Shown here piece after piece: positions 8,615-17,821 of a stretch of 34,445 bases of DNA (the stretch's first letter is position 1; each line of letters begins with the position of its first letter). Where the stretch lies: positions 1 through 34,445 of IMG/VR virus record IMGVR_UViG_3300005764_000046; one strand, 5' to 3'. A program made the translations under genes and the position numbers. Under the pieces are notes generated by a model that did not search any database, had not been told where the DNA came from, and worked only from the letters and a program-made list of their open reading frames with translations. The DNA comes from a virus. Its lineage: Duplodnaviria; Caudoviricetes.

Positions 8615-9810
8615 CAGAACACCAAATTGGAGCCTGGTAAGAATGCCGGGAATGGATCAGCAGGAGTGCCAGCAGGCGGCGCCGCGCTCGCTGTCGTATC
8701 GGCTTTGACTGTCGGCGCATCGGTTGCCGGGCCGCCCGATGTGTTATTGCGCCAGGTCTCGATCAAGTGCAGCGACGTGCGCGTGCCACTGTTCGAATCT
8801 TGCGTGAACGTCGCCGTTTCGATCGACAATGCTTGATCGATTGGGACCATCGGCGAATCGACTGTGACCTCGGTGCCGACCTGCCACAGCTTGCCCGTTG
8901 GATCGAGCCATCCGTAGACGACAATATCGGCGTCAATCCGCACTCCGCTCCATCTCGCTTCTTTGTACGCACGCAGTTCGACCTCACGCTGGGTCTTGAC
9001 GGGATGCTCGATCGGCACAAGCAACGGACGGAATTCTGGCAGGATGCCCGGCGGAACAGCCTTTGCACGCAACTCCGTAGCGGCCGTTCCGTTTTGTGAA
9101 TCAGAAGGTCGAGTTTGGCCAGTCGTCATAACGAAGCTGTACATGTCTTCGCCATTGATCACGACTTGAGCACTGAAAATGTTTTCACCTTCAATGAGAA
9201 CGGCACTATTCACTGGCCCATGCGGTCCAACCAGAACCAAATCGCCATCCTTATTATTCGCAACATCGACGTTGCGCGTGCGCGCTAGACGTTCAATGAA
9301 CTGGTATCTCGTTTCGCCTTGTTGAAAGTGGACGCCGTCGGGCGGATTGAATGGCGAACCATCAATCGTGCCCTTGACCTCTCCAAGACGAACGCTAGTC
9401 GGATTAAGGACTTGCACCACAATGCCAATGAGGTCCCCATGAAAATTGCCTCCTCCGTCGCCCTCCTCTGGGAGGATATCACCGGTCAATTCCCAAGCTT
9501 TACCTTTGCCCTGCAGAGAGACACCATGGCTATTGGCTTCGTAAGCAACCTGCCGAACCAAGATTATTCCTGTGAGCGCCAACCTATCGGCGAGGTAGAT
9601 ACCGCACGAATCGCCAGGCTTAAATTGAATCCGATCCCACAATGCTGGAACAGGATCACGCTCAGCCGCGGTGAAGCGAAAATAATTGTAAGGATCGTGC
9701 CAGCGGTGCTGAACCCAAACGGTTTCCCAATCGCTGAAATACTGCCCAGCAGCATAAACGGTCGCGACCTCATTTCGGTTAACGCCAACAAATTCGCGTT
9801 GAACGAACAT
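8614..9810 (-). CDS. Baseplate hub protein (Mu gp44/P family)
   Basis: Motifs GQYFSDWETVWV, GETRYQFIERLAR, LIEGENI and VYGWLDPTGKLW; synteny. Confidence 0.9.
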   Translation of the reverse strand: MFVQREFVGVNRNEVATVYAAGQYFSDWETVWVQHRWHDPYNYFRFTAAERDPVPALWDRIQFKPGDSCGIYLADRLALTGIILVRQVAYEANSHGVSLQGKGKAWELTGDILPEEGDGGGNFHGDLIGIVVQVLNPTSVRLGEVKGTIDGSPFNPPDGVHFQQGETRYQFIERLARTRNVDVANNKDGDLVLVGPHGPVNSAVLIEGENIFSAQVVINGEDMYSFVMTTGQTRPSDSQNGTAATELRAKAVPPGILPEFRPLLVPIEHPVKTQREVELRAYKEARWSGVRIDADIVVYGWLDPTGKLWQVGTEVTVDSPMVPIDQALSIETATFTQDSNSGTRTSLHLIETWRNNTSGGPATDAPTVKADTTASAAPPAGTPADPFPAFLPGSNLVF

Positions 9811-10478
9811 CAGGATGACAGCGCGTTGCCTTCGCGCAGACCAAACGCGGGGTGAACGATCTTATTTTCGGCGCGCACTTCATCGGCTCGACCGGCATCA
9901 GCGTAAAGCCGATAGGCAAGCACGAGTGTCGGCAGGACATCCATGAACGCGTATGTGAGTATCCGTGGCAGCGGCCGCGCAGTTTGATCGAGATGAAAAG
10001 CCAGCGCCGCATGTAGCTGGACCAGGGCCATGTATGCCGCCTGATCCATATCGTCGGCCGCAAGCTCTTGCGACGGCTCGAACGCGGCCATCATGATATT
10101 CTTTATGTTGTCGACATCTTGCCGGCTCACGAAAGCCATGTCAGCGATGATGCGACACTCGTAAGCAAGACAAAATCTAATCAACGCGTTTTGGATCAGT
10201 ACAGCGCCGAGAAGCTTCGGCGTCTCTGCGACCGCGGCGAGACGAACCGATTCGATTTGTGGCTGCGTCAGCCCGGTCACGCGAGCAAGTTCAAAGATTG
10301 CATCAAGCGGCGGTCCGGCTTGGTCGTTCGCTATCAGCGACTCGGCATCCGCGAGGAAATCACCAACGGCCGTGCGTAAGTCGGAGCCGGGACGGCCTCG
10401 CGTCGGCGCAAGTGCAAGCATGTAAGTCAGCACGCGATTGCAGATCGGCACTGCTTCTTTGGCGTCTGGTCTGAACAT
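9810..10478 (-). CDS. Mu gp43/N DNA-circularisation protein, C-terminal part
   Basis: LPTLVLAYRLYADAGRADEVRAENKIVHPAF is the typical C-terminus of Mu N-like proteins. Confidence 0.8.
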   Translation of the reverse strand: MFRPDAKEAVPICNRVLTYMLALAPTRGRPGSDLRTAVGDFLADAESLIANDQAGPPLDAIFELARVTGLTQPQIESVRLAAVAETPKLLGAVLIQNALIRFCLAYECRIIADMAFVSRQDVDNIKNIMMAAFEPSQELAADDMDQAAYMALVQLHAALAFHLDQTARPLPRILTYAFMDVLPTLVLAYRLYADAGRADEVRAENKIVHPAFGLREGNALSS

Positions 10479-11044
10479 TAGAAGAGCTTGACCCCGGCGA
10501 TCGCAGTCAGTCTCGTGACCGCTTCCGGCGTAAGTGATGCAAGGATATTGTCGCGTAAGGCCTGCGATGCTCCCGAAAGTTGATCGTAACTGCTGACCGC
10601 TGTTTGAAACGGAGGCGCGCCAAGCTCGACAAACGTCATGTCGAAAGAAACGTAGCCGCCCATCCGCTCTTCCTCGCTCATGCGATAGCGCGTGCAGACG
10701 ACGACGAGCGGTCGCTGGAATGGTAGCTGTAGCGTGCCGGAACCGCCGCGCTCGAGCCGATCAATCAATGCATCGCGCGGCGTAGTATAGTCGCGTGTGT
10801 AGAGCGCATTGGCATCGGCCACGTATTGAATAAGATAGCCGCGGACCGAGAACTCGATCGCCCTGCGTCCCATGTCTTCGGAATAAGGTAAGTCTTTTTT
10901 CGGAAATTCATGCGTCACGATTCGACGGCCTGATTCGCGTGAGCCGGCTTCAACGTGGAACAAGGCGCCGTCAAAATTCGCAGGCAAAAACTTCGATCGC
11001 CAAGGATCGACTTGCACAAGATCGCGAATGGTTGAGATTGGCAT
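10478..11044 (-). CDS. DNA circularisation N-terminal domain protein (Mu gp43/N, N-terminal part)
   Basis: PANFDGALFHVE, GRRIVTHEFPKKDLPYSEDMGRRA and FDMTFVE match DNA_circ_N. Confidence 0.9.
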   Translation of the reverse strand: MPISTIRDLVQVDPWRSKFLPANFDGALFHVEAGSRESGRRIVTHEFPKKDLPYSEDMGRRAIEFSVRGYLIQYVADANALYTRDYTTPRDALIDRLERGGSGTLQLPFQRPLVVVCTRYRMSEEERMGGYVSFDMTFVELGAPPFQTAVSSYDQLSGASQALRDNILASLTPEAVTRLTAIAGVKLF

Positions 11045-14000
11045 CAGCTATCCAATGACGGATCGTGGCTCTCGCCGGTCGCACCGGATGATGCCGACGG
11101 TCCGTGTTCAGCTTTCGACATTCCCGTGTCCCGCGACAGACGTACCTTGCGGAACGGACCGGTCTGCGTGACGCTTTTCTGGCCTTCGCCTTTCACGTCA
11201 ACGTCGATATTTGCGGTGCCGATCGCGCGGTGCCGCATGCGTGCGCCAGCAATAGAATCGATTACGCTACGATCGACTCCCTCATGGCCAGCGAACACAT
11301 GACGTTGGGCTCTCGCACGAGCACCAAAATCGCCGCCGCGCATCTCCCATTCGGTTCTCGCTTTCACGATGTCCGCAGCTTTCTGCGCGAGGTCTGTTGA
11401 TTTCCGCGATCCTGGCGGTGGCGTAATGCCATAATATTTTTCAGCCCGTTCCAGTACCTCAAGCTCAAGTTGCTCGTCTGTTTTTTCTGCCCCAGCCGTT
11501 TCTGCTTTCACTTGAGGCGGCGCTAGTGTGCCTTGCAAGTCAGGCGGCGCCACAGGACGCGTGCGCAACGTTTCGATGCGCGGACCCGCAGCGCCCGTCG
11601 GGGACGGCCCCGCAAGCTGAGTTCTCGATGCGTCTGCAAATACGCTACGCGGTGCGATGATAGCTCGACCATTTCGATTGATTTGAAGTGCCAAGCCTTC
11701 AGGATGCGCGGCTGCCTCTGCCAATAATTGTTTCTTGAATGCGGGCCACTGGTTAGCCGGAACAGCAAAGCAGCCTTCCGTATAAAGTCGATCAAGTTCG
11801 CTGCTGCTGCCAGAATGTATCTGTACTCCCTCGCGCGGGACATTCGGATAACGCGGATCGGGAATTACACCGCCAAGCCCACCAACCGTCGCGACTGATC
11901 CGATGCGCTGTCCAATCGAGCCGATGTCACCGGTGCCAATGTTAATGTTATGCGTGCCATAAGGAATCGCACCGCGTCTTTCTCCGCCGCTAGCCCAGTC
12001 ATAGCTTCGATTGCCGAGCGTAACCGTACCTTGCATCCGATAGGGAGCCGGCTCGCCTTGGCCTTCAGCCAATGGCCGAGCGCCCGCCGTCGCGAGCATT
12101 GGACTAATCCGGTTCGGATCAAGTGCAAGCGAAGGAACGTTTACGCCTGACGTAGGTCGTGTGCGTGCCGTCACGATGGCAGATGGTTGCTCCGCCACCG
12201 TCGGCATCGGGCGCAGTTGGCCAGGTTGGATGCCCAACTGACCCTGAGCAAGCGGACCGCCCTGCCCAGCCCAGTACTTCGCCATGCCGCTACGAGGATC
12301 TCCGATCCCACCAGTCCGCGCGCGGATTGCAGCGATCTTGACCGCCATCTGCGCGTTGAACTCTGGATTTTTTAGCTGCTCGACTGTGAACGGCTTGTCT
12401 TGAAGACCGTAGGTGATCGCGTCTTGCGGCGACAATTGAAAGAGACCGATAGAACCATAGCCGCCGAATTTTCCAATATCGCCATGCGACGCAGATTTTA
12501 AGCCGCTCTCCTGGACCGCAAGATTGGTCATCAACGCGGCCCATTCTTGCGGTGATCCCGTCTTAATACCGTAGCGCGCAGCATCGGGCGGAACGTATCC
12601 ATCAAGCCCGCTTCCTTTGATCATCAACGCAAGACGGTCTTGAATCTCAGCCTTTCCAATCCGATCGCCAGCCAGCGGAGCACCTGCGACTCCAGGCGGC
12701 GCTTCTCCGGTGGGCGTCATTAAGCTCGGGACCTTCGTAAACCCTCCCGTCGGATATCCGAGTGGCGCTTGCGCTCCTGGAAGCGTCGCCGGCACGGTGC
12801 CGCCAGGCGCGGTCGGAGTGATCGGTGGACCACCAGGGCCGCCGTGCGTGCCAGGCGGGAACGGACCAGCCGGACGGCCGTCTGTCGTCGTGCCACGCCC
12901 TCCGCCTCCGCCGCCTCCGCCGCCACCACCGAAGCCCGGTAACCGACCCATGCCACCGCCGGCGCCAAGACCAGGGCCGAGCCCGCCCATCTGCGTCGAC
13001 AGCAATTTGAGCGCACTGCCTTCCTTCGGCGTCTCTTCACCCGAGAGGATCGCATTCGCACGCTTTAGTTGATTCACAAGCTCGCGCGTCTTCGCGTTCT
13101 CTTGCTCCTGCAGATCGCGGCGCTCGAGATTGATCGAAGGCTCGCCGTGTAAATTTTCCTCAGCCCAATCAGCCGCCTTCTTCCAACTCTCCGGCGTCAT
13201 CGGAGCGTAAGGACCGGTGAAGCCCTTGACGCCCTCGTCGCCCATGAGACGCTGCGGAGTCGTCGCGCCTCCGTCGCCCCAATCGCCGAACCGTTCATTA
13301 AAGTTGGGCTTCGGCTTCGTGCCAAATAGATCGCCCAACAAACCGCCTTGCGGTAAGAACGGGATGCCAGTTGACCGTTCGAAAGTTGATTTGCCTTCTG
13401 GATGTTGCCTTGCCTGCTTGAGCAACTCAGACCATTGCTGAAGCTTTTCATCAATCCACTTAAGTCCCTCGAAAAGCTTCGATTCCATAATGTTTGTGCC
13501 CATAAGGCGCGTGATATCTGTCCAATGCGTGTGTATCTGTCCAACAAGATCGAGTTGTTTCTTACCGGCCTCGAGCGCCCGAGCTTCGTTCTGCCTGCGT
13601 ATCTCGTCGACTTCGGCGAGCGATTTTTTCAAGCTGTCGGTAGCCGTCTGCATAACCGGGGAGCCAATTATGTCGAGAATCTGTTTCTCATAGACGCCAG
13701 CCACACCGCCCGATCTTTTCGCCTCAGCTTCTCCTTCTCGTTTCGCGAATTCTTTGATCGCATCCCACTGTGACGCCAGATCCGGCAGCTTTCGTACTTG
13801 AGCAAAAAGCCCTTCCATGTTTCTCGTGACGCCCTCGAATCCAAGCTGCTGCAGCGCGCCCCTGACACCAGCAGCACCGCGTTGTACGTCAGCCATCTTC
13901 TGCGCAAATTTTTCCAGTTCTGCGCTAGCTGTCGCGCCGGCGATGCCCTGGCGCTGCAAAGCCTCAGTCATTGCGCGCGTTTCAGCAGGATCCATTCCGA

Positions 14001-14331
14001 TCCGACGCGCCAAGGTAGAAAGATCAACTGACTCTTGTGCCATCTCAGTGAGAGCACGCGTAAGCTTCTCGACGCTTAAGACTGCGCCGCCAATCGCGAC
14101 GCCGACGGCACCAAACCCGGTTGCAAATTTGATCAGCGCCTCGGGACCTTTGCCGATGGTCTCAACGAGTTCCTTCATGGTCTTTTGAAGTTCGCTCGTA
14201 TGCCGGCGTAAATTCTCGAGGTTCTGCGTTCCGATGCCAAGCTCGTCAAATTTCTTCTTCAACACGTCAAGTTGACTCGACGCGTTGTCGACGAGGTTGA
14301 CCTCGAGCGTGAGTTCTTCGAACTCTGACAT
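11044..14331 (-). CDS. Tape-measure-like protein 2 with lytic transglycosylase-like and Tlde1/L,D-transpeptidase-like domains
   Basis: Helical N-terminal half and Gly/Pro linker; QESGL...GLFQLS..LKNPEFNA (SLT/lysozyme-like); GAIPYGTHNI...QIHSG....TEGCFAV (His..Cys motif). Confidence 0.8.
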   Translation of the reverse strand: MSEFEELTLEVNLVDNASSQLDVLKKKFDELGIGTQNLENLRRHTSELQKTMKELVETIGKGPEALIKFATGFGAVGVAIGGAVLSVEKLTRALTEMAQESVDLSTLARRIGMDPAETRAMTEALQRQGIAGATASAELEKFAQKMADVQRGAAGVRGALQQLGFEGVTRNMEGLFAQVRKLPDLASQWDAIKEFAKREGEAEAKRSGGVAGVYEKQILDIIGSPVMQTATDSLKKSLAEVDEIRRQNEARALEAGKKQLDLVGQIHTHWTDITRLMGTNIMESKLFEGLKWIDEKLQQWSELLKQARQHPEGKSTFERSTGIPFLPQGGLLGDLFGTKPKPNFNERFGDWGDGGATTPQRLMGDEGVKGFTGPYAPMTPESWKKAADWAEENLHGEPSINLERRDLQEQENAKTRELVNQLKRANAILSGEETPKEGSALKLLSTQMGGLGPGLGAGGGMGRLPGFGGGGGGGGGGGRGTTTDGRPAGPFPPGTHGGPGGPPITPTAPGGTVPATLPGAQAPLGYPTGGFTKVPSLMTPTGEAPPGVAGAPLAGDRIGKAEIQDRLALMIKGSGLDGYVPPDAARYGIKTGSPQEWAALMTNLAVQESGLKSASHGDIGKFGGYGSIGLFQLSPQDAITYGLQDKPFTVEQLKNPEFNAQMAVKIAAIRARTGGIGDPRSGMAKYWAGQGGPLAQGQLGIQPGQLRPMPTVAEQPSAIVTARTRPTSGVNVPSLALDPNRISPMLATAGARPLAEGQGEPAPYRMQGTVTLGNRSYDWASGGERRGAIPYGTHNINIGTGDIGSIGQRIGSVATVGGLGGVIPDPRYPNVPREGVQIHSGSSSELDRLYTEGCFAVPANQWPAFKKQLLAEAAAHPEGLALQINRNGRAIIAPRSVFADASRTQLAGPSPTGAAGPRIETLRTRPVAPPDLQGTLAPPQVKAETAGAEKTDEQLELEVLERAEKYYGITPPPGSRKSTDLAQKAADIVKARTEWEMRGGDFGARARAQRHVFAGHEGVDRSVIDSIAGARMRHRAIGTANIDVDVKGEGQKSVTQTGPFRKVRLSRDTGMSKAEHGPSASSGATGESHDPSLDS

Positions 14332-16695
14332 TTATGCGGCCCGCCGTCCGCGACGATGGTGTGGTTGATGCGTCACGCGTCGATCGAGTGACACGTTACC
14401 CTTGAACATGCCATCGCCATGAGCTTTGACGCGCGTCCCGGCAGGCGCCTTCACTTTGACGTTCACGTTGCCCTTGGCCTCGACGCCAGCTTCTTTGCCT
14501 AGAGCACGATCCAACTCCACGCGTTCGGCCGGGACGCCTTTAGTAAAGAGAGCTTCATCCGCCGGCGTATCGCTTGGCCCTTCGGGCTCAACGAATGAGG
14601 ACCTGGCCCTTCGCTTCCCCGTGGTCATCAATCCAACGGCTCCCCCGTCTCCGCTGAGCGCCTCGTCGAGGGCACCGGTGGATTCCGCATGGACAACGCG
14701 CGCCGAGCGCAACGGAATACGGCGACCCGCTGCGTGCGCTTCCGATGTCTGCACGTCCTGTTGCGCACGCAAAAAATTCGTCGGCGTCAATACCTCGTAG
14801 GCCTCTTTATGGCCCGACGGAAAAACCTTGCGGCCGGTCGCCTTCGCTTGTGCCTCGTTTGCCGCATAGCCGAGCTTTTCCTGAAGCGGCGCGTTGACGT
14901 CGATGCCCTTCTCTTTGGAAGGCGACCGGCTCTGATCAGGACCGGTGTCGACCGTGCGGGCCAAGACCTGGCGCCCCGTGTCGAGGTCCCAATATCGAAT
15001 CGGCGCGCCTTCTTGCAATCCTGGTCGGCCGGCCGTTCCAGCATATGGCAACGCAACACCAGGAACGTCTTGGCGATAGCCGCCATAGTTGCCAAGCGAG
15101 AGCCCCTTAAATTGCCCCTTCGTGTGGACGTCGCCCGGATCGACGAACCCGCCAGTCTGACTGCCTTCATAGGGCGCATATTGTCCGAAAGCACTGGCCT
15201 TCACGATCTGCCGACCGACAGGAGCGCCGTGAAATAGAATTCCCTTCCTCGCTTGAGCCGCTGGCCCCGGAGCTTCATTGGCGAACAGGATCGACGGCGA
15301 TATGCCCTGCTGGTGCGCGCGATTGACGAATTGATTATAGCCCTCGGTGCCGCCGGTCGCCGCGCTGTAAGCACCCTCGCTAAGATCGTTGTTGACGCGC
15401 CCCTGCGGCGACGCGGTCTTGCCAGTCGATGCAATATCGTTGATGCCCAAGCTCGCGGCTGCTCCCGCTCCCATCGCTTGCGTCGTCTTCTCGTCGCCAG
15501 AAAGCAGATCGTGGAAGCGCTTGAGTTGCTGGATCAGTTCGTCCTCGAGCGTAAGCTGCTTATGCTGTCCTTCCGCAAATTCCGTGCTCATGAGCGGCTG
15601 CGCGCCACCGCCTTTGAGATAATCCCATCCCGACTGCGCTTGTTGATGTTGCTGCAGCCTCCGCAAGACATCTTCTAGCGGCACACCAGCCTTCGCTCCT
15701 AGCGGTCCAAACAAAAATTCCCACCAACCGCCCCGTAACTGGTTTGGGAACGCCGTGGGCATGCCAGGAAAGCCAGTCGTCAGCGATTTGTCTATAAGTT
15801 CGAGAAGGTCCTTTAGCGGACCTTCCATGAGCCTGGTTCCAAGCTCCCGCATGATGCGATCCCAATTTTGTTTGATTGATTCGCTCACGCGGTTAAATTC
15901 TCTGGCGGTCTCGACCATTTTGTCCATGTCCGCGGCTTCCTGCGCGCCGACAATGGTGAAAGCCTCTCGAACACGATCGAGATCGGTCAGTCCAAAAGAG
16001 CGCAAAAGTTTCCGCTGCTCCTCCGGTCCTTTGGCGCGCTCCAATGGCTCAGTTTGGCGCGCATAATACTTGCCGACATCATCAAAAAATTTCTTGAGCG
16101 CATTTGCCGCTTGCTCATTGGTCGGCATCGCGATGATTTCACGCAAGCGTTCTTCGGCTCTTCGCGCTTGGTCACCACGAAGACCCGAAAGCAGCGATTG
16201 CCATGTCGCACGGCCCTGCTCGTCCATGCGACGCAAGTGATTCATGGTGTCGACGAAAGTCTCCCATTGCCCGCCGGCACGCTCAATCGAAACGCCGGAG
16301 CGCTCCCACACTTCCATGGTCCGCATATATTGCGCCGTGCTCTCGCCGACGCGCTTCGCCATCGCCTCCATGTCGAGAAGACCTTGGGCCTGGCGTTTGA
16401 GCGCTCCAATGGTGACTCTCAATGTCTCATAGACAGCGACTGCAGCGAGACCGATCGGCCCGATGCCTTTGGCGAAGTTTGCGAGCCCCGCCATCGATGG
16501 ACCGCTGGTCGCAAAGTTGAGCATCAGCTTCTTAAGCTCTTGCTCAACACCGGCGAGTTGCTTCTGGATCCCCTCAAATTTTCGCGTGACGTCGAGGCCG
16601 CCTAGCTTGTCAAGATTTTGTTTTAAGGCCCCGAGTTGCCCCGAGGCCTCGTCATCGACCCGAACGCGTATTCTCAAATCTTCGAACTCAGCCAT
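14332..16695 (-). CDS. Tape-measure-like protein 1 with RlpA-like double-psi beta-barrel domain
   Basis: Directly after the tail chaperone; helical N-terminal half; ASAFG...GVALPY...VLARTVDTGP...GIDVN resembles DPBB/RlpA; paralogous to the downstream gene. Confidence 0.78.
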   Translation of the reverse strand: MAEFEDLRIRVRVDDEASGQLGALKQNLDKLGGLDVTRKFEGIQKQLAGVEQELKKLMLNFATSGPSMAGLANFAKGIGPIGLAAVAVYETLRVTIGALKRQAQGLLDMEAMAKRVGESTAQYMRTMEVWERSGVSIERAGGQWETFVDTMNHLRRMDEQGRATWQSLLSGLRGDQARRAEERLREIIAMPTNEQAANALKKFFDDVGKYYARQTEPLERAKGPEEQRKLLRSFGLTDLDRVREAFTIVGAQEAADMDKMVETAREFNRVSESIKQNWDRIMRELGTRLMEGPLKDLLELIDKSLTTGFPGMPTAFPNQLRGGWWEFLFGPLGAKAGVPLEDVLRRLQQHQQAQSGWDYLKGGGAQPLMSTEFAEGQHKQLTLEDELIQQLKRFHDLLSGDEKTTQAMGAGAAASLGINDIASTGKTASPQGRVNNDLSEGAYSAATGGTEGYNQFVNRAHQQGISPSILFANEAPGPAAQARKGILFHGAPVGRQIVKASAFGQYAPYEGSQTGGFVDPGDVHTKGQFKGLSLGNYGGYRQDVPGVALPYAGTAGRPGLQEGAPIRYWDLDTGRQVLARTVDTGPDQSRSPSKEKGIDVNAPLQEKLGYAANEAQAKATGRKVFPSGHKEAYEVLTPTNFLRAQQDVQTSEAHAAGRRIPLRSARVVHAESTGALDEALSGDGGAVGLMTTGKRRARSSFVEPEGPSDTPADEALFTKGVPAERVELDRALGKEAGVEAKGNVNVKVKAPAGTRVKAHGDGMFKGNVSLDRRVTHQPHHRRGRRAA

Positions 16696-16888
16696 CGTCG
16701 GCGTTCTCAGCTTCTCGCCGCATTACCTTAGCGAGTTGAATTGTTCGATGCAGATGTAACTGCACGTCACTCAATGGCATGCTTAAAAACGTTTCTGGAC
16801 TGACGGAATACCATTTCGCCAGCCGGTAGCAATCGAGCACAATGTTTTCGTCGACGCCTACCAGGCCGCCAGATCGGGAAGAAAAAAA
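16688..16888 (-). CDS. -1 frameshift extension of the tail assembly chaperone (lambda gpGT / P2 gpE' analogue)
   Basis: The -1 frame stays open from the T7 run to 16688 (FFSSRSGGLVGVDENIVLDCYRLAKWYSVSPETFLSMPLSDV...) and overlaps the tape-measure start. Confidence 0.75.
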   Translation of the reverse strand, partial: FFSSRSGGLVGVDENIVLDCYRLAKWYSVSPETFLSMPLSDVQLHLHRTIQLAKVMRREAENADDG

Positions 16889-17331
16889 CCGCGTAGCCGA
16901 TACGCGCATGAATTCCAGTCGCGCGGATCGAGGCGATCGAGCAATGGCAACAGCACGCCGGATAAGTTTGCCATGATCAACATCATCTTCTTTTCGTCGA
17001 TGATGACGTTGCCATCGGAATCGATGCGACACGGATTACCGCAGCGATTGATGTCACCCCCCGTCGGCTCGCGGAATGTGAGCGAAGTAAGCTCTTCGTG
17101 ATTGTTGCCGCGGATCGATTTGTAAAGCAGCTTCACCGTGATCGGGAATTGATCGACCGGCTTCGGCGGCGGCTGTTGCGCTTCCTCGACCGGAGGCGCG
17201 GGTGCCGCGATCGGCTTGGCGTCGATAATCGGGCCGCCGCCATTTCCCACAACATGCGGCTGCTGTGGCGCTCCGCCGGTCGCAGATTGAAAGCCCTCGC
17301 GGATGGGCTGTCCGTCTTTACCGAACTCCAT
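16858..17331 (-). CDS. Tail assembly chaperone (Mu gp41 / P2 gpE-like)
   Basis: Motifs SLTFREPTGGDI and LDRLDPRDWN...GFF; lies between tube and tape measure; AGGAGGAG SD. Confidence 0.88.
   Translation of the reverse strand: MEFGKDGQPIREGFQSATGGAPQQPHVVGNGGGPIIDAKPIAAPAPPVEEAQQPPPKPVDQFPITVKLLYKSIRGNNHEELTSLTFREPTGGDINRCGNPCRIDSDGNVIIDEKKMMLIMANLSGVLLPLLDRLDPRDWNSCAYRLRGFFLPDLAAW
16882..16888 (-). promoter_or_regulatory. Programmed -1 ribosomal frameshift slippery site T TTT TTT
   Basis: The minus strand reads GGT TTT TTT CTT near the chaperone end; the -1 frame is open to the tape-measure gene. Confidence 0.75.
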
Positions 17332-17339
17332 GACTCCTC

Positions 17340-17708
17340 CTATCCGAGATTAATCTCGAGGCAGGCAATGCCCTCCCAACGGACGCGCGCCTGACCATCA
17401 CGCGTGTTGATTTCGAAGCCGCCCTTAACAGTCGCGCCCTGTAGCGTGTATTGTTTTTGGTTGGCCAGCTGCGCAATAACTGTCGAGTTAACTTGCGTCA
17501 GCACGTCTTCGAAGTTGAGATCAGGAACGGTTGAGAGGTCGCCCTCGATGTACGGCACGCGAGGGAGTTCTTGATAGCCGTGGACCCCGTCCTGACCTGC
17601 GATCATCGTTCGCTCGACTGGACTCGGCGACACGGTGAAGTTTCCACGCAATTGGTATTGGCGACCATCAACGCTGAGGTAGGCAATACCGGCGAAGCGA
17701 ATCGCCAT
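17340..17708 (-). CDS. Tail tube protein (Mu gp40/M family)
   Basis: AGIAYLSVDG..LRGNFTVSP...GQDGVHGYQELPRVPYIEG; follows the sheath gene. Confidence 0.92.
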   Translation of the reverse strand: MAIRFAGIAYLSVDGRQYQLRGNFTVSPSPVERTMIAGQDGVHGYQELPRVPYIEGDLSTVPDLNFEDVLTQVNSTVIAQLANQKQYTLQGATVKGGFEINTRDGQARVRWEGIACLEINLG

Positions 17709-17711
17709 GCT

Positions 17712-17821
17712 TAGTCTCCATGGTTTGAGGTTAGTGCCCGGTTACTGTTCCACCGAGCGAAGTCAGGGGCGGGCCGCTTGCGCGGACCCTCCGTCCACCA
17801 CTCCGTCTCGCGACGAAGCTC
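17712..17821 (-). other. Predicted structured intergenic RNA element with two GNRA-capped hairpins
   Basis: The minus strand has CUUCGUC-GCGA-GACGGAG and GGGUCCGC-GCAA-GCGGCCC between the sheath stop and the tube SD. Confidence 0.45.

Noticed and set aside
12895-12965. GCC-rich tandem repeats as a possible array or contingency locus
   Set aside because: They encode the poly-Gly linker of the tape-measure protein; there are no spacers.
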